The notes beneath the pieces were generated by a model. The model made no database searches. It saw only the letters and a list, made by a program, of their open reading frames with translations, and was not told where the DNA came from. Shown here one piece after another: positions 23,988 to 36,134 of a stretch of 40,021 nt of DNA (positions are counted from its first letter, which is position 1; every line of letters starts with the position of its first letter). The DNA is from Octopus bimaculoides. Its lineage: Eukaryota. The stretch covers positions 65,837,493-65,877,513 of the forward strand of contig NC_068988.1 of the NCBI RefSeq assembly GCF_001194135.2. Reading direction: 5' to 3'. The translations under genes and the position numbers were made by a program.

Positions 23988-24086
23988 CGCGCGCGCGAGT
24001 GTATGTATAATATGNNNNNNNNNNNNNNNNNNNNNNNNNNNNNNNNNNNNNNNNNNNNNNNNNNNNNNNNNNNNNNNNNNNNNNNN

Positions 24087-24821
24087 AATCAATTAACAAT
24101 TAATAATTTTTACCAAGCCCATCGGTATGAAAGCACCATTATTGGTGGAGAACCTATTTAAAAGCTCATATATATTTATAAACATAATTAAGGGATCAGC
24201 AAATATTTGCTTCACCATATACCGAAGTTCAGAAATAGCAGCTAAAAAAGCTGAGAATCCAACAGATAGCATCACTTGTAACTCACAAAGGCAAAAACAA
24301 GAAGAAAGAAACAATGAAAAACTAACCATTCCGAAGGTTAACAGTAGACGCGTTTCTGGATTATGATTGATACTCAATTTCCTTCATCAATACTGTATTC
24401 CAGCAGTAAATTTGACTATGCTAGCAAACTGTGCAATCATGAACGAGTAACATTCCACACCGACAAAGATCTGAAAGCATAACCGAATCCACCTCGGTCA
24501 GCCAGTCTAACTGTCCTTCCTTCAAGAAATTACCATGTGCGTGACAAGTAATACCGCAGAGAATCTGCGTGTACTAACAGGGAGTGAATAATTATTACAA
24601 ATTAAAAGAGTAAAGGATTATCAATTTATTAATTAATAAATCAATTAACAATTAATAATTTTTACCAAGCCCATCGGTATGAAAGCACCGGAATGGTTAG
24701 TTTTTCATTGTTTTTGCATTTGTGAGTTACAAGTGATGCTATCTGTGGGATTCTCAGCTTTTTTAGCTGCTATTTCTGAACTTCGGTATATGGTGAAGCA
24801 AATATTTGCTGATCCCTTAAT
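24087..24821 (-). mobile_element. Element with a direct repeat, an inverted repeat and a hammerhead (Penelope/retrozyme-like), bounded by gaps
   Basis: Identical 51-bp direct repeat 24087-24137 / 24639-24689. Inverted repeat 24187-24333 / 24689-24821 (2 substitutions, one 14-bp indel). HHR at 24341-24396. Confidence 0.7.
24341..24396 (-). ncRNA. Minimal type I hammerhead ribozyme (short stem II class)
   Basis: ACAGUA-UUGAUGA-A-GGA(A)AUUGA(GUA)UCAAU(CAUAA)UCC-A-GAA-ACGCGU-C-UACUGU. Stem I is a perfect 6 bp, helix III is the palindrome ACGCGU, and the cleavage triplet is GUC. The core has C3U. Confidence 0.78.
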
Positions 24822-25285
24822 NNNNNNNNNNNNNNNNNNNNNNNNNNNNNNNNNNNNNNNNNNNNNNNNNNNNNNNNNNNNNNNNNNNNNNNNNNNNNNN
24901 NNNNNNNNNNNNNNNNNNNNNNNNNNNNNNNNNNNNNNNNNNNNNNNNNNNNNNNNNNNNNNNNNNNNNNNNNNNNNNNNNNNNNNNNNNNNNNNNNNNN
25001 NNNNNNNNNNNNNNNNNNNNNNNNNNNNNNNNNNNNNNNNNNNNNNNNNNNNNNNNNNNNNNNNNNNNNNNNNNNNNNNNNNNNNNNNNNNNNNNNNNNN
25101 NNNNNNNNNNNNNNNNNNNNNNNNNNTCGAGAATTAAAATGCATATGTACATTCTTTGATGATAAAATATATTTAAAGTATAAAGCTTTGTATGAACTTT
25201 GTATTGTTACATACTGATTATCACACATTCTCTGATATTAAAATGAAAATGTTAAAAACAGTGTATGAAAATACACATATGGAAA

Positions 25286-25355
25286 AATACATATACATAT
25301 TCTTATACATATTCTTTGACAATACATATACATATTCTTATACATATTCTTTGAC
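25286..25355. repeat. Exact 35-bp tandem duplication
   Basis: aatacatatacatattcttatacatattctttgac occurs twice. Confidence 0.9.
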
Positions 25356-26320
25356 AATAAAGTTGAAGAGGAACTGACCTGGCTTTTTCCTCTTGTGTAT
25401 ATTGAGGGAATGTTTTACTGTCTTAAGAGACAGTATGACTGGCTAGCTGGGGTGGGAAGGAAGAAGAGTTAAAAAGGATTTTTTAATTTTATTTTTGGTT
25501 GGTCTGTGACGGAAAATACACACTAAGAACGGGACATCACCAACGAGTGAAAAATACGTAAACACACAACGATAGACAAATACGGGACAGAATGCCAAAA
25601 GAAGACTAACCCTTCCTCAGTTGTCGACTGTGATATTATTCCCTGTTTCATGCTTTGAACGACAAGACAGGAAAACTTTGTAACACAGCAGCATCTGGAA
25701 ACTTTAAAAATATAAAATTTGGGGGAGAGTTAGGGCTTCGAACGAATAAATGACACCGGAGTGTACATACCGAAGTAAACAATCCACGAAGACAGACATT
25801 TAGGGCCGTTAGACGAAGATGAATTGTAATGGGTAATGCCTCGAAGAAATTTTGAAAGGTTATAGAATAAATAGTAGAAGAGAAAAAATAGGCGAGAGAA
25901 ATAACATCAGGCTGGCTAGCCGTCCGATCTAGAAAATACAAAGAGACAAGAAAAATGGTCTGTAGTCGCGTAAGAGCAAAAAGCAGAGGGGAAAGGAGAC
26001 AAGAGAAAGGATAAGGGAAAGAAACAACGGGAGTGAGGAGAAGGAAATTATGATAGTAGAGAGTAAAAGAAAGACAGACAGGGGACAGCAAAGAAGTAGG
26101 GGGAGGAAAAAATATAGAGGATAATAAAGGGATAGAGAGAAAGAAAAGAAAATAGGCAAGGAACAGAGTGCCAATCGCAGAAATATTTCTATAATTGTAA
26201 AAACCTACTGTTGACAAAGGCTCTGTAGCGTTCAATGAATAAATTAATTAATTTAAAAAAATGAAAAAATGCACATTATATATATATGTGTGTGTATATA
26301 TATCTATCACTAATTACCTG

Positions 26321-26455
26321 ACAACTGGTATTGGTTGGTTTACGTCCCCGTAAGTAACCGATACTTTAAGTGCTGGAGTCGATTCTTCGACTAAAACCCT
26401 TCAGGGTGGTGTCCCAACATGGCCGCCGCTCAATTACTTAAACACACAAAAATAG
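26321..26455 (+). mobile_element. 3' part of SINE family 3
   Basis: tttacgtccccgtaa...gtcgattcttcgactaaaa...ggtggtgtcccaacatggccgc matches the 33.6-33.7k copy read on the minus strand. Confidence 0.7.
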
Positions 26456-27578
26456 AAGATATACACACATATATATATTTACATGCATTTATCTTCATAT
26501 GACTTCATAAAACCGCACATATATACATACGCATATAAAATTCTTTCTCTATACTGACTAAAACAGATATCTTCATGAATATGTTACCATGTTACAATCA
26601 TTTTAATTACCACCAAACTTAATACTGATGTTGAATAGCAATTTGCTATTCTTAATAGCTACGAAATATTAATACTTAGCATAACAGTAACTTACAATCT
26701 GTAATGTAGAAGTGAAGGTCAGATAGCACGAGATTTGCTCCGAAGCAGCACTAAACATACATGATTTAATATTTAATGTACAATTCTCTGTACACTAAAT
26801 TTTAATAGATTTAGTTTAATAATCTGATCGTTGATAGTTCTTATAGTTCTTATAACCTGGGAATTCGCATTTAATTACCTTTTGCCACGCTTAAATATTT
26901 TAACTTAATCCAAGTCTTATATTCACGTAATTTCACCTATCAATAAAGAACTCGTAGATATGCAATAGAATTTGGTGAGATATTGAGCTGGAATAGGTAT
27001 ATACAGAATAATGTATATACATATATATATATATANNNNNNNNNNNNNNNNNNNNNNNNNNNNNNNNNNNNNNNNNNNNNNNNNNNNNNNNNNNNNNNNN
27101 NNNNNNNNNNNNNNNNNNNNNNNNNNNNNNNNNNNNNNNNNNNNNNNNNNNNNNNNNNNNNNNNNNNNNNNNNNNNNNNNNNNNNNNNNNNNNNNNNNNN
27201 NNNNNNNNNNNNNNNNNNNNNNNNNNNNNNNNNNNNNNNNNNNNNNNNNNNNNNNNNNNNNNNNNNNNNNNNNNNNNNNNNNNNNNNNNNNNNNNNNNNN
27301 NNNNNNNNNNNNNNNNNNNNNNNNNNNNNNNNNNNNNNNNNNNNNNNNNNNNNNNNNNNNNNNNNNNNNNNNNNNNNNNNNNNNNNNNNNNNNNNNNNNN
27401 NNNNNNNNNNNNNNNNNNNNNNNNNNNNNNNNNNNNNNNNNNNNNNNNNNNNNNNNNNNNNNNNNNNNNNNNNNNNNNNNNNNNNNNNNNNNNNNNNNNN
27501 NNNNNNNNNNNNNNNNNNNNNNNNNNNNNNNNNNNNNNNNNNTCGGGCCTTGTGCCTTGAGCAGAAAGGATTATTTAA

Positions 27579-27796
27579 AAGGCGATGGGCTGGCAGAAAC
27601 ATTAGCACGCCGGTCGAAATGCTTAGCGGTATTTCTGCTATCTTTACGTTCTGAATTCAAATTCACCGCGAGGTCGACTTTGCCTTTCATCCTCGCAGGG
27701 TCTATAAATTAAGTACCAGTTGCGTACTGAGGTCGATCTAATCGACTGGCCCCCTCCCACAAAAATTCGTGCCTTGTGCCCAGAGTAGAAAAGGAT
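27579..27796 (+). mobile_element. SINE family 1 copy, immediately preceded by the tail of another copy (27543-27572)
   Basis: High similarity to 16678-16910 and 38660-38874. Confidence 0.88.
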
Positions 27797-29067
27797 ATGC
27801 ATCTCTATCTGCGCATGCGTCTGCGCGTGTATCTGTGTGCGTGTGCTTTTGTGAGTGTGTGAGAGAGAGAGAGAGTGTATATGTATATGCATACAGATTA
27901 CATAGTATTTCGGAGGAATGAAAATACGACACACTTATTGTGTTGTTATGTGTGTACAGGTATGTTTAAGTGTGTCTGTGCCCATGTGTGTATATGTGTA
28001 AATGTTCTGTGTGAGTGTGTGTGCGTGTGCTCGCTTTGTTTGCTTGGTTATCTCTTTGTAACCAACCGCTGTGTATGTGACAGGACAAAGTGGGTGCTCT
28101 GTATCTGCGTCTGTATGTGATTTCTACAAAGAAAGGCATTTAGTCCCACAAGAACATTGTCACCTTGGTATAAAATTTATAGCAGGAGCGATAAAATGAC
28201 ATGACTAACCTAGCTTGCGATGAAAAAACAGGAGTGTATATTAGGCTAAATTTGTGTTTGATAGACATAGCACACCATCTTCTTTTGCACATATACTTGG
28301 CTCCGACTCTCTTTATCAGCGTTCAATCTACTGCAAGCATTAACACCGATTTGCTTCGTCCATCTGTATCAATATTCCTCTTGCAGATATGTAGTCAGTG
28401 CATCTTCTGCATTAATCCCTGCACATTGTGAGTCACAGTGAAAGCTATTGCCGTTTTTAAACTTCATTAATTTGTAATAACATTTACTGACAAACTAATA
28501 GTTGTTGACCTTGCTAAAATAGCAACGACGTATCTGTCAAATAACATCCACACTTCTATAAAATATAGTTGTTGATAAGCTAAAGATACGTGATTCTTAC
28601 CGTTAGGAGCCTTTCATTATATGATCTGTGATTAAATAACACACCAATAGTAACAACAGCGTATAGTGAGGTAATAATAAAGAATTTAATGCTGATGCCA
28701 TTCGTAGGTAGCGACCTGCTGATTTGGAGATAATAATGCATTAATTTATATGTTTGAAACTAAATTTTCTCGTGTTCTATTACAAAAGTAATTACAAGGA
28801 ATTTGTTAAGCACGGCAATTAGAAAATTAACTAAAGACTTTCTTTAATCTGAAACTGAATATAAAATGTAAAACGAAGAGCGTGTTAAGAATTACATCAG
28901 CTGAAATACCAAATATTTCACAAGACCAGAATATATAAAATCTGAAATTTATTGTAACCTGATTTCATCAGTAAATAATTAATGGAACTTCGAATAAATT
29001 TGTCTGATTCCTATAGTTGCACAATCTATTCTACATATTTTGGATTAAAGAAAATGAAAATGAAACA

Positions 29068-29288
29068 ATACAGGTTTCAAATTTTGGCATACGGTTAGGA
29101 ATTTTAGAGAGGGGAGGTACGTCGAGTACATCGACTCTCATGATCAAGTAGTACTTATTTTATGGAACCTGGAGGGATGACAGGTTAAGTTGAATGTGGA
29201 GGAATTTGACTCAGAATATAACAAATCAGAAGAAATACCATTATCTATTTTGTCCGGCACTCTAACGATTCTGTCAATTCACCACCTT
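29068..29288 (-). mobile_element. Degenerate SINE family 1 copy
   Basis: caggtttcaaattttggc...gtacttatttt...ggaatttgactcagaat...ctaacgattctgtcaattcacc is the reverse complement of the family. Confidence 0.75.
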
Positions 29289-29402
29289 AAAAAAAAGAAA
29301 GAAAAAATGAACCTTTAACTTTGCCTATCCAAACGGAATTTTTTTTTCTTTTTATTTTAACCAAATAATTACACGCTGTTATATCTTTATATCTTTAGTC
29401 AA

Positions 29403-29614
29403 CGCGGTGAGCTGGCTGAATCGTTATCGTGCCAGACGAAAAATGCTGAACAGCAGCAACAGCCCTCCCGGCACTTAACATTATGAGTTCAAATTCCACC
29501 GAGATCGACTGTGCCGTTCATCCTTTCTGAGCCGTTAAATTAATTACCAGTCAAGCGTTCAGATCGACTAGTCCTCACCCACCAAAAAAAATGCTAGGCC
29601 TTTAGTAGAAAAGG
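29403..29614 (+). mobile_element. SINE family 1 copy (CAG-variant subtype)
   Basis: ggtgagctggctgaatcgtta...gagttcaaattccaccgag...ttcatcctttc...taccagtcaagc. Confidence 0.78.
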
Positions 29615-30295
29615 TTATTTTATAGCTTTAGCTATTTAGAGCTCCTCTCTTACCAAAAACAAATTGTTTCACCATTTCTCGAAGTTTCTAAACACTTGTG
29701 ATTTAAAACGTCATTTTATCTACTAGATATAGAAGCTAAATTTCTGTCCAATAACAGCTTAAGGTCAGGCTGAATAATATGAATCTGCGTACAGTATTCC
29801 TATAGAAAAAAGATAAAATTTTAACTCCATTTTTTTCTTTTGTACCTTTCATTATTTTCTTGAAAGCTCTGCCAGAAAATTTCTCCTCTCTTTATCACTT
29901 CTCACTGCCTGTCCTTTTCAACACGCAAAAGAAAAAAGAGAAAAAACCCCCGCAGAAACCATGCAGATTATGTCACATGTAATTATCTTAAACAAAGATA
30001 TATTGTTGTTGTTTAGGCTTAGGTCATCCTTAATAGAGCTGACGCATGATCAAAGGGATTCCAGTCGTGTTCATCTCCCCTTCAATTTAAATAAAGGATT
30101 ATATAACATGATATTGTATAATTTGTTCTTTTTGTTTTTGAAAGACAGTTACACGTAATAGGGGTGAGATTTCACTGTTATCTGTATCAGGCCACGCATA
30201 TACTTACTATCTTACACTTAGTTTGAGTAATGTGAGGATAGTAGGATGTGGTGATGATGTTGGGGAGGAAAATGTTAATGGTTACTGTTAGTTAA

Positions 30296-30470
30296 GGCAG
30301 TGAGCTGGCTGAATCGTTAAGTTGCCGGACGAAAAATGCTGAGCAGCAGCAGCAGTTCTTTCGGCACTTAACATTGTGAGTTCAAATTCCACCGATGCCG
30401 ACTGTGTCATTCATCCTTTCTCAGCCGATAAAGTAAGTACCAGTCAAGCACTGTCCTCACCCACCATAAT
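30296..30470 (+). mobile_element. SINE family 1 copy (CAG-variant subtype)
   Basis: Shares diagnostic changes with 29403-29614. Confidence 0.78.
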
Positions 30471-30570
30471 TCTACAGATTTGTGTGTGGAATGTATTTTT
30501 ATGTACATCAATCTCACTCCGTCACTAGCATTTATTCACTTGATTCCGAAAGAATGAATTGGAAAGTAAC

Positions 30571-30855
30571 CTTGGCATGGTAATTAGAGCAGCAGGCTCG
30601 CGGGTTCGAATCGCAGACGGGGCGATGTGTGTGCTTATGAGCGAAACACTTAAGCCCCACGCGGCTCCGGCAGAAGGTAATGGCGAACTTCTGCTGACTC
30701 ATTCACCACAACTTTCTCTCACTCTCTCCTCCTGAATCTAGCAACTCACCTGAGACGGACCGGCGTCCCGTCCAAGTGGGGAACGTAAACGCCAATGAAA
30801 CTAGGACACTGGACCTTATGAGCCAAGCATGGCTCGAGAAGGAACAAACAACAAA
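30571..30855 (+). mobile_element. SINE family 2 copy with tRNA-like head, tail type B
   Basis: A-box-like tggcatggtaattag and B-box ggttcgaatc (30603-30612). Central domain shared with 20497-20620. Ends in an acaaacaacaa tail. Confidence 0.8.
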
Positions 30856-31848
30856 ACATACTGCAAGGCGATTGTGCTCGTGATAATACATTTTCGCCTC
30901 TTGTAAAAGTCGGACACAATAGTAATGCTGCAACCACCGCTGCTGCTGATTTCTGAATTGGCAATAAGACCACTTATTTTGAGATGGGTATGTTTAGAAG
31001 GACCGACTCAGTACTTATAGTTTACTTTATCGAAACCTTAGAAGATGAAATGTAAAATTGACCCTTACTGCATAAGATGATAGGACACCAAACTACCACG
31101 CATTGTAAAAATGATAATAATGATAGCAGTCGTTTTCTAACGTAGGCATAAGGTAACAAAATGAAAGAAAGGGAACAGTCGATTATGTGACACCGGTATT
31201 TGACGTCAAAAAGACAAAGATGACAGTAATAGGATGATTTAAACGTAGAACGTAAAGGACGTTACTAAACTCCAGAATTTACTTTTACCGTCACTTTATC
31301 ACTATGTAGTGATCAAGGTAATACTCATTAAACAGGTTAATTTTTCAGTATTGTTTCTTTTGAACGATAAAATATAATAATTTAAGAATATTGAAAAGGT
31401 AATTTCAAAATATCAATTCCCTACTGGTTGTGCATCTTTTATATCTTCTTCTTTCTCGCCTTTTCTCACTTTTTTCTCTCATCCTGTCGTTCTATTTTAA
31501 TTTGTTATGCCATTTGGGCAGTGCTTGAAGATTGTGCTGTCTGGTTTGCTCTCAGCACATGAAACTAATAGTAGCACATAAAACCATATACTGTGTTTAT
31601 CAAATAATGGAACGAGAGATATCAAAATGAGCCGCAATACAAATCGGCTGGACAGAATGATGCAAAACAAACAGTTTAGTAATCTATTATCACAGCGCCG
31701 AGTAATAATTATGCTTCTAGAGTAATAGAAGGACAGTTCGCTATTGTTAGGTAATCTACAACGCCAATAGTATACCAAAGTATCCAACGATAAATGGAAT
31801 CTTAAGGGGGCGTGGAAACATAACAAAAGCAGACAAATAGGTTGTGTG

Positions 31849-31978
31849 GTATTGCTACATATGTTTCGTTAAGAGTTTTTTATTGCGACGTAACCATAGT
31901 ACAGTGAGGTACGTAGTATTTTCAACATTCAACATATTACATAATAGGTTAAATAACTCACAACTCATCAGGCTAAAC
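31849..31978 (-). ncRNA. Complete type I hammerhead ribozyme (long stem II class)
   Basis: GUUUAGC-CUGAUGA-GUUGUGAGUUAUUU...AAAAAACUCUUAAC-GAA-ACAUAUGU-A-GCAAUAC. All core nucleotides are present. The stem II base pairs at 12/14 with G10.1-C11.1, helix III is an 8-nt palindrome, stem I pairs 5/7, and the cleavage triplet is GUA. Confidence 0.78.
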
Positions 31979-32626
31979 AAAATAAACAAGCGAATAATGA
32001 CATGTTCTTTAATCCATAGTTCATTAACAAGGGAAATTTCTAATCAAAATCTTAGAATAATTCTGATTGTGAACGCTTTCACCTGATTAGAGAAAAAGTG
32101 GTAAACAGAAAAGAGGAAGAGAGAAAAAAGGAAGGAGAGAAAGAGCGAGAAAGAAAAAGAGTGAGAGAAAAGCATCCATGATATGAGGTAGAAAGAATGT
32201 AATTGTAATTCTTTCACGTGATTAGTTGAAGGGAAATAGAGGAGAAAGAAAAAGGAAAAAGAAAAAGAGGATAAGGCGAAGAGTGAGACAGAAAGGGGGA
32301 GAAAGAAAAGAGAAAGATAGAAAGACGGAAAGACAAAAAGTGAGAAGCACCCGTGACATAAGGTGGGAAGAACGTAATAGTTTTAACAGAGACGTGATAT
32401 TCTGATGGTGAAGTTAAAGAAAGGTAGAGAGAATGAGTGGTGAGAGAGAGAGAGAGAGGAAGGAGAGAAAGAGGAGAGAGTGAGAGAGGTGGAGAGAGAG
32501 ATGATGATGGTGATAGTGGTGGTGGAGAAGGACTTGGCGTTGCTGGTGCAGATACAGTTGTTGGTGATGGAGGTGGTTGTGATGTAGGTGGAGATGGTGA
32601 CTGGATATTGAAAAGTGTATTTTTTT
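31857..32626 (-). mobile_element. ~0.77-kb HHR-terminated repeat element, copy 2
   Basis: Colinear with 19153-19973. Confidence 0.85.
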
Positions 32627-33559
32627 TAAATTGAAGCAATTTTTTATATCACCTATCACCTAACGCATGAGCATATCTTCATGCCGTAAACGAACGGTGA
32701 AACCGTGAATGGCTCAAGAACCGGACCTAATCCTCGGGACCGTCCTCCTCACCGCGAGGAGAGAGGATAACTGTGGCAAGTCACTCTTATTTACGTGGTA
32801 GATATATCCAAATTACCTAAAGGTTGTATCATATTGTACAGGATATCTTTTTCCTTTATGGGAAAAATAGAAAATAAGAGTGAATATTTATGTTATGAGC
32901 ATTTTATGAATGTTTCATATGTATTAAGTCTATAAAATTGTGCATAAAGTATATAAAGTGTATATATAAAGTGCATTAAGTAATCATCGTATTCCAATTT
33001 CTTTCACTTTTCAATGAGCAGCCGAGCGACTATCTTTCCACACAGACACAACGAAGGCTACTCTTTCAGGTATTCTGGATAAAGTTTTCAGAAATAATCC
33101 AATAGGTTTACCATTAATTCCGTGAAATATTCATAGGTCCCGCGAGTTATCAATATTTAGGAAATGTAAACTGGGTGGATTTACAAAATGTCAAACAACG
33201 AGAATGGATTGCATAATGAGATTGTAAACCGAAGAACATTTAAAGACATTTCTACTCGCGAGATTTCATTAAACTTAGGAACTTACATCATAAAGTTTGG
33301 AATGCCAGAACATGCTTCTATAGGGGTTGATAGCAGGTGCCAAGCATGACGTTTGATACAATCAAAACATATATTAAAATGACAGCTGTCAATGCTGCTC
33401 ATGAAGACCATTTTACAGTGTTATATTCCTTTAAAGTTAACTACATTAAGGAGTGTGATGACGAATAAATTCTAAAGTTATTTATTCTTTCTCTTAATTA
33501 GTTCTAATGAAAATGCAGCGATTAATTATTAGAGAACTAATTCTTTTATTGTCTTATTC

Positions 33560-33902
33560 TTTCAATTGTTTCACTCATTTGACTGCAGCCATGCTGGAGC
33601 ACCACCTTGAAAGGATTGGTCGAACAAATGGCGCACAGGACTTATTTCTTAAGCCTAGTACTTAATCTATCGGTGTCTATTGTCGAAGCGCTAATTTACG
33701 GGGACGTAAACACACCAGCCCCGGTTCACGCGCGCGCGCGATTGGCTTCTTTTAGTTTCCGTCTAGCAAATCCACTCACAAGGATTTGGTCGGCCCGAGG
33801 CTATAGTAGGAGACCCTTGCCCAAGGTGCCGCACAGTGGGATTGAACCCGGAACTATGTAGTTGGGAAGAAAGCTTCTTGCCACACAGCCGCACCTGCGC
33901 CT
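33560..33902 (-). mobile_element. Full-length tRNA-derived SINE family 3 copy
   Basis: Minus strand has a head with B-box gggttcaatcc (33839-33849), a CORE-like ccttgggcaag, an internal (GC)n patch and a 3' end ggtggtgctccagcatggctgcagtcaaatg. Confidence 0.88.
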
Positions 33903-34193
33903 TTAATGAATGATGGTGAAACTAATCAAACTTCAGAGAGAATCACTTACAGAAAATACAGACTAGTAAAGTTCTCAGTAAAAATTCAGAGAAAAGGGAG
34001 AGCAAATTAGGACAGGGAGGAAACGAAAAAGAAATAATAGAAACAGAATAGAATAAATGAAATAGTGATAGTGGTTAACACATTTACAGGGAGATAGTAT
34101 TCGCATAAACAAATAGTTATGCTTCTAGGGTAATAGAAGTTGAATAGCCAATAATCAGATTGTTGGTATTATCTCGAACTGTACCGGAGTATT

Positions 34194-34228
<35 letters not shown>

Positions 34229-36134
34229 GCAGAAAGGGTTATTTAATTATCTATTAGGTTAGTGATTGTTACACATCGTCGTATCTAGAATATAGTGAAG
34301 TGTATTAACCGCAGCAATTTGTTATGAATTATTACTTTTCAACAGTGATTAAGACTTCGAATCTCACTTGATGGAATTAAACGTGTGCAAAGCATTACAT
34401 ATCAATATTTATCGTTACGGTGAATTATTTCCCTTGAGTTTACTCAAAATGGTGTATCTGAAGATCTTTAACTACGGCTGCTTTGAGGAGGGAATATTTA
34501 AGAACATTATTACAAGGTAAGAGAAGGGGAATTAATAAGAAATGCTAATGAGTTGCATTCGTGAAAATGTCCATTAGTGTATTGATGTATGTTATTGAGA
34601 AGACAGTAGGGATTGACAGCATAATTGACAGAGTCTAGAATTAAAGAGTGTCTCACTGTGTGGGAAATTTAGAAGAAGACTCAGTAGGTCTGAACGTTTA
34701 TGGTGTAAATACATTTGTTAAATGAAGTGGTAATATTTGTAATGCTATTCTGAGATGACAGCAGGTATTGGTGGCATAAATGTTATCAATATTATGTATT
34801 CCCTTGATGTATACAATTTATATTATACATCTGAAAGATTCTAAATGATACACTGTTTTATCATTCTATATAATATTTGCTAAATCGAAATGCTGTAAAT
34901 AGTACTTTTGGGCTTAGAATTTGCTCTTCTTCCCCAAAGAGTGAGACAAAGAATGCAATGGCGAATCTAATATTTGGAACAATTTTAGAAGTTCAGTTTA
35001 AAATTGGTTATTCCACTTTGTTCTCAATGACATGGCACCACCGGTCGAGTTGGCTTACGTGTAGCTCTGAGGAGAGACTTTCCATTTAGCTGTGTGTATA
35101 TGTGTGTGTCTGTGCGTGCGTGTGCGTGTATGTGTGCGTTTATGTGTGTATGTGTGCATGTAATTTGTATATGTGCATGTGTATGTGCGTGATCCCGTCA
35201 CCTAAATATCTCATGTAAGTACCGATTTCATAATGGTTCATTTGTTCTGTCGACTGATTGAATGATTGATTCCTATGATTACATCCAACTGCTTTCTGGA
35301 TTTAATCATAGAAATTATAAATTATATCATGTTATATATTCATACTTGGTAATTACATCCAAATATAATCAATATTCTGTAAGAAAAAAACCCCCATATT
35401 CCTGGCAATACTTCCATCAAAATTAAACTCCAGAAGACGAGTTGTATGATGTAATTTTAGTTATATTTATTTCCTTAGATAACAGTAATTTAGTTGTTAA
35501 TTAGAATGAGTTTATATGAAGTATTCAGTTCTTAACATCATCGTCAAACACTTGTGTATGCCTCTAGATTTTCTTACGAATGTGTGATATTCTATTTCAC
35601 TTGCTGAAATCTCAATCTAAGCATTGAGAAATTGATCAGGGATGGTATTTTATATTCGGTTAATGAATTTTACATCTAATTTGCAATTAATTTACTTTCA
35701 AAGATAACTAGATAATTCCAATACTCATGGACAAGTTTCAATTACGAAACGAGAAAAGGAATTGAAGGAAAGTTATTTTTGTGTAAAATTATTTTTGAGG
35801 AAAACTGCACTGAAGACTAGCTTTGAAATTCTTTTTTTTCCTTTTGAAGTTCATTTCAAAATTATTGTTTGTAAAAATCGTATAAGAATTAAATATGCCT
35901 TTGGAATTTTGGATAAGGAAGAATGCCATGAAGAGAAGAAGAATCTGACGTTTTCGATAGTCTTTTCGTCTGAGAAATAAACAAATTTTATTGTAGCACA
36001 TTTTATTGTAAGTTGAAAAAATAAATCAGTTGATAAAACACACTCTTGAAATCTTCCTTTTACTTGTTTCGTCGAAGAAACCAACCTCAGAACATAATGT
36101 TTAATCCTGCTAGTTATTCTATAATTCTCTTCAT

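Noticed and set aside
25560-25930. CTGAGGA and CTGATGT on the minus strand plus a possible GIY-YIG-like RINxHR fragment
   Set aside because: No GAAA or stems complete a ribozyme, and the peptide similarity is too short to support.
28880-28970. Minus-strand CTGATGA...GAAATATTT
   Set aside because: No stem I or stem II pairing; expected by chance in AT-rich DNA.
31844-32086. 80-aa ORF overlapping the HHR element
   Set aside because: It is interrupted by a stop in the 19k copy and has no recognisable domain.
32745-32761. GC-rich 6-bp hairpin ctcctc/gaggag as a Helitron-type end
   Set aside because: No CTRR terminus follows, and the hairpin is too short.
33225-33320. IKDISTREISLNLGTYIIKFGMPEH, faintly like a gypsy integrase
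   Set aside because: A single short segment with no flanking integrase motifs.
36055-36095. Minus-strand CTGAGGT...GACGAAACAAGTA
   Set aside because: A9 is mutated and stems I and II are not supported.
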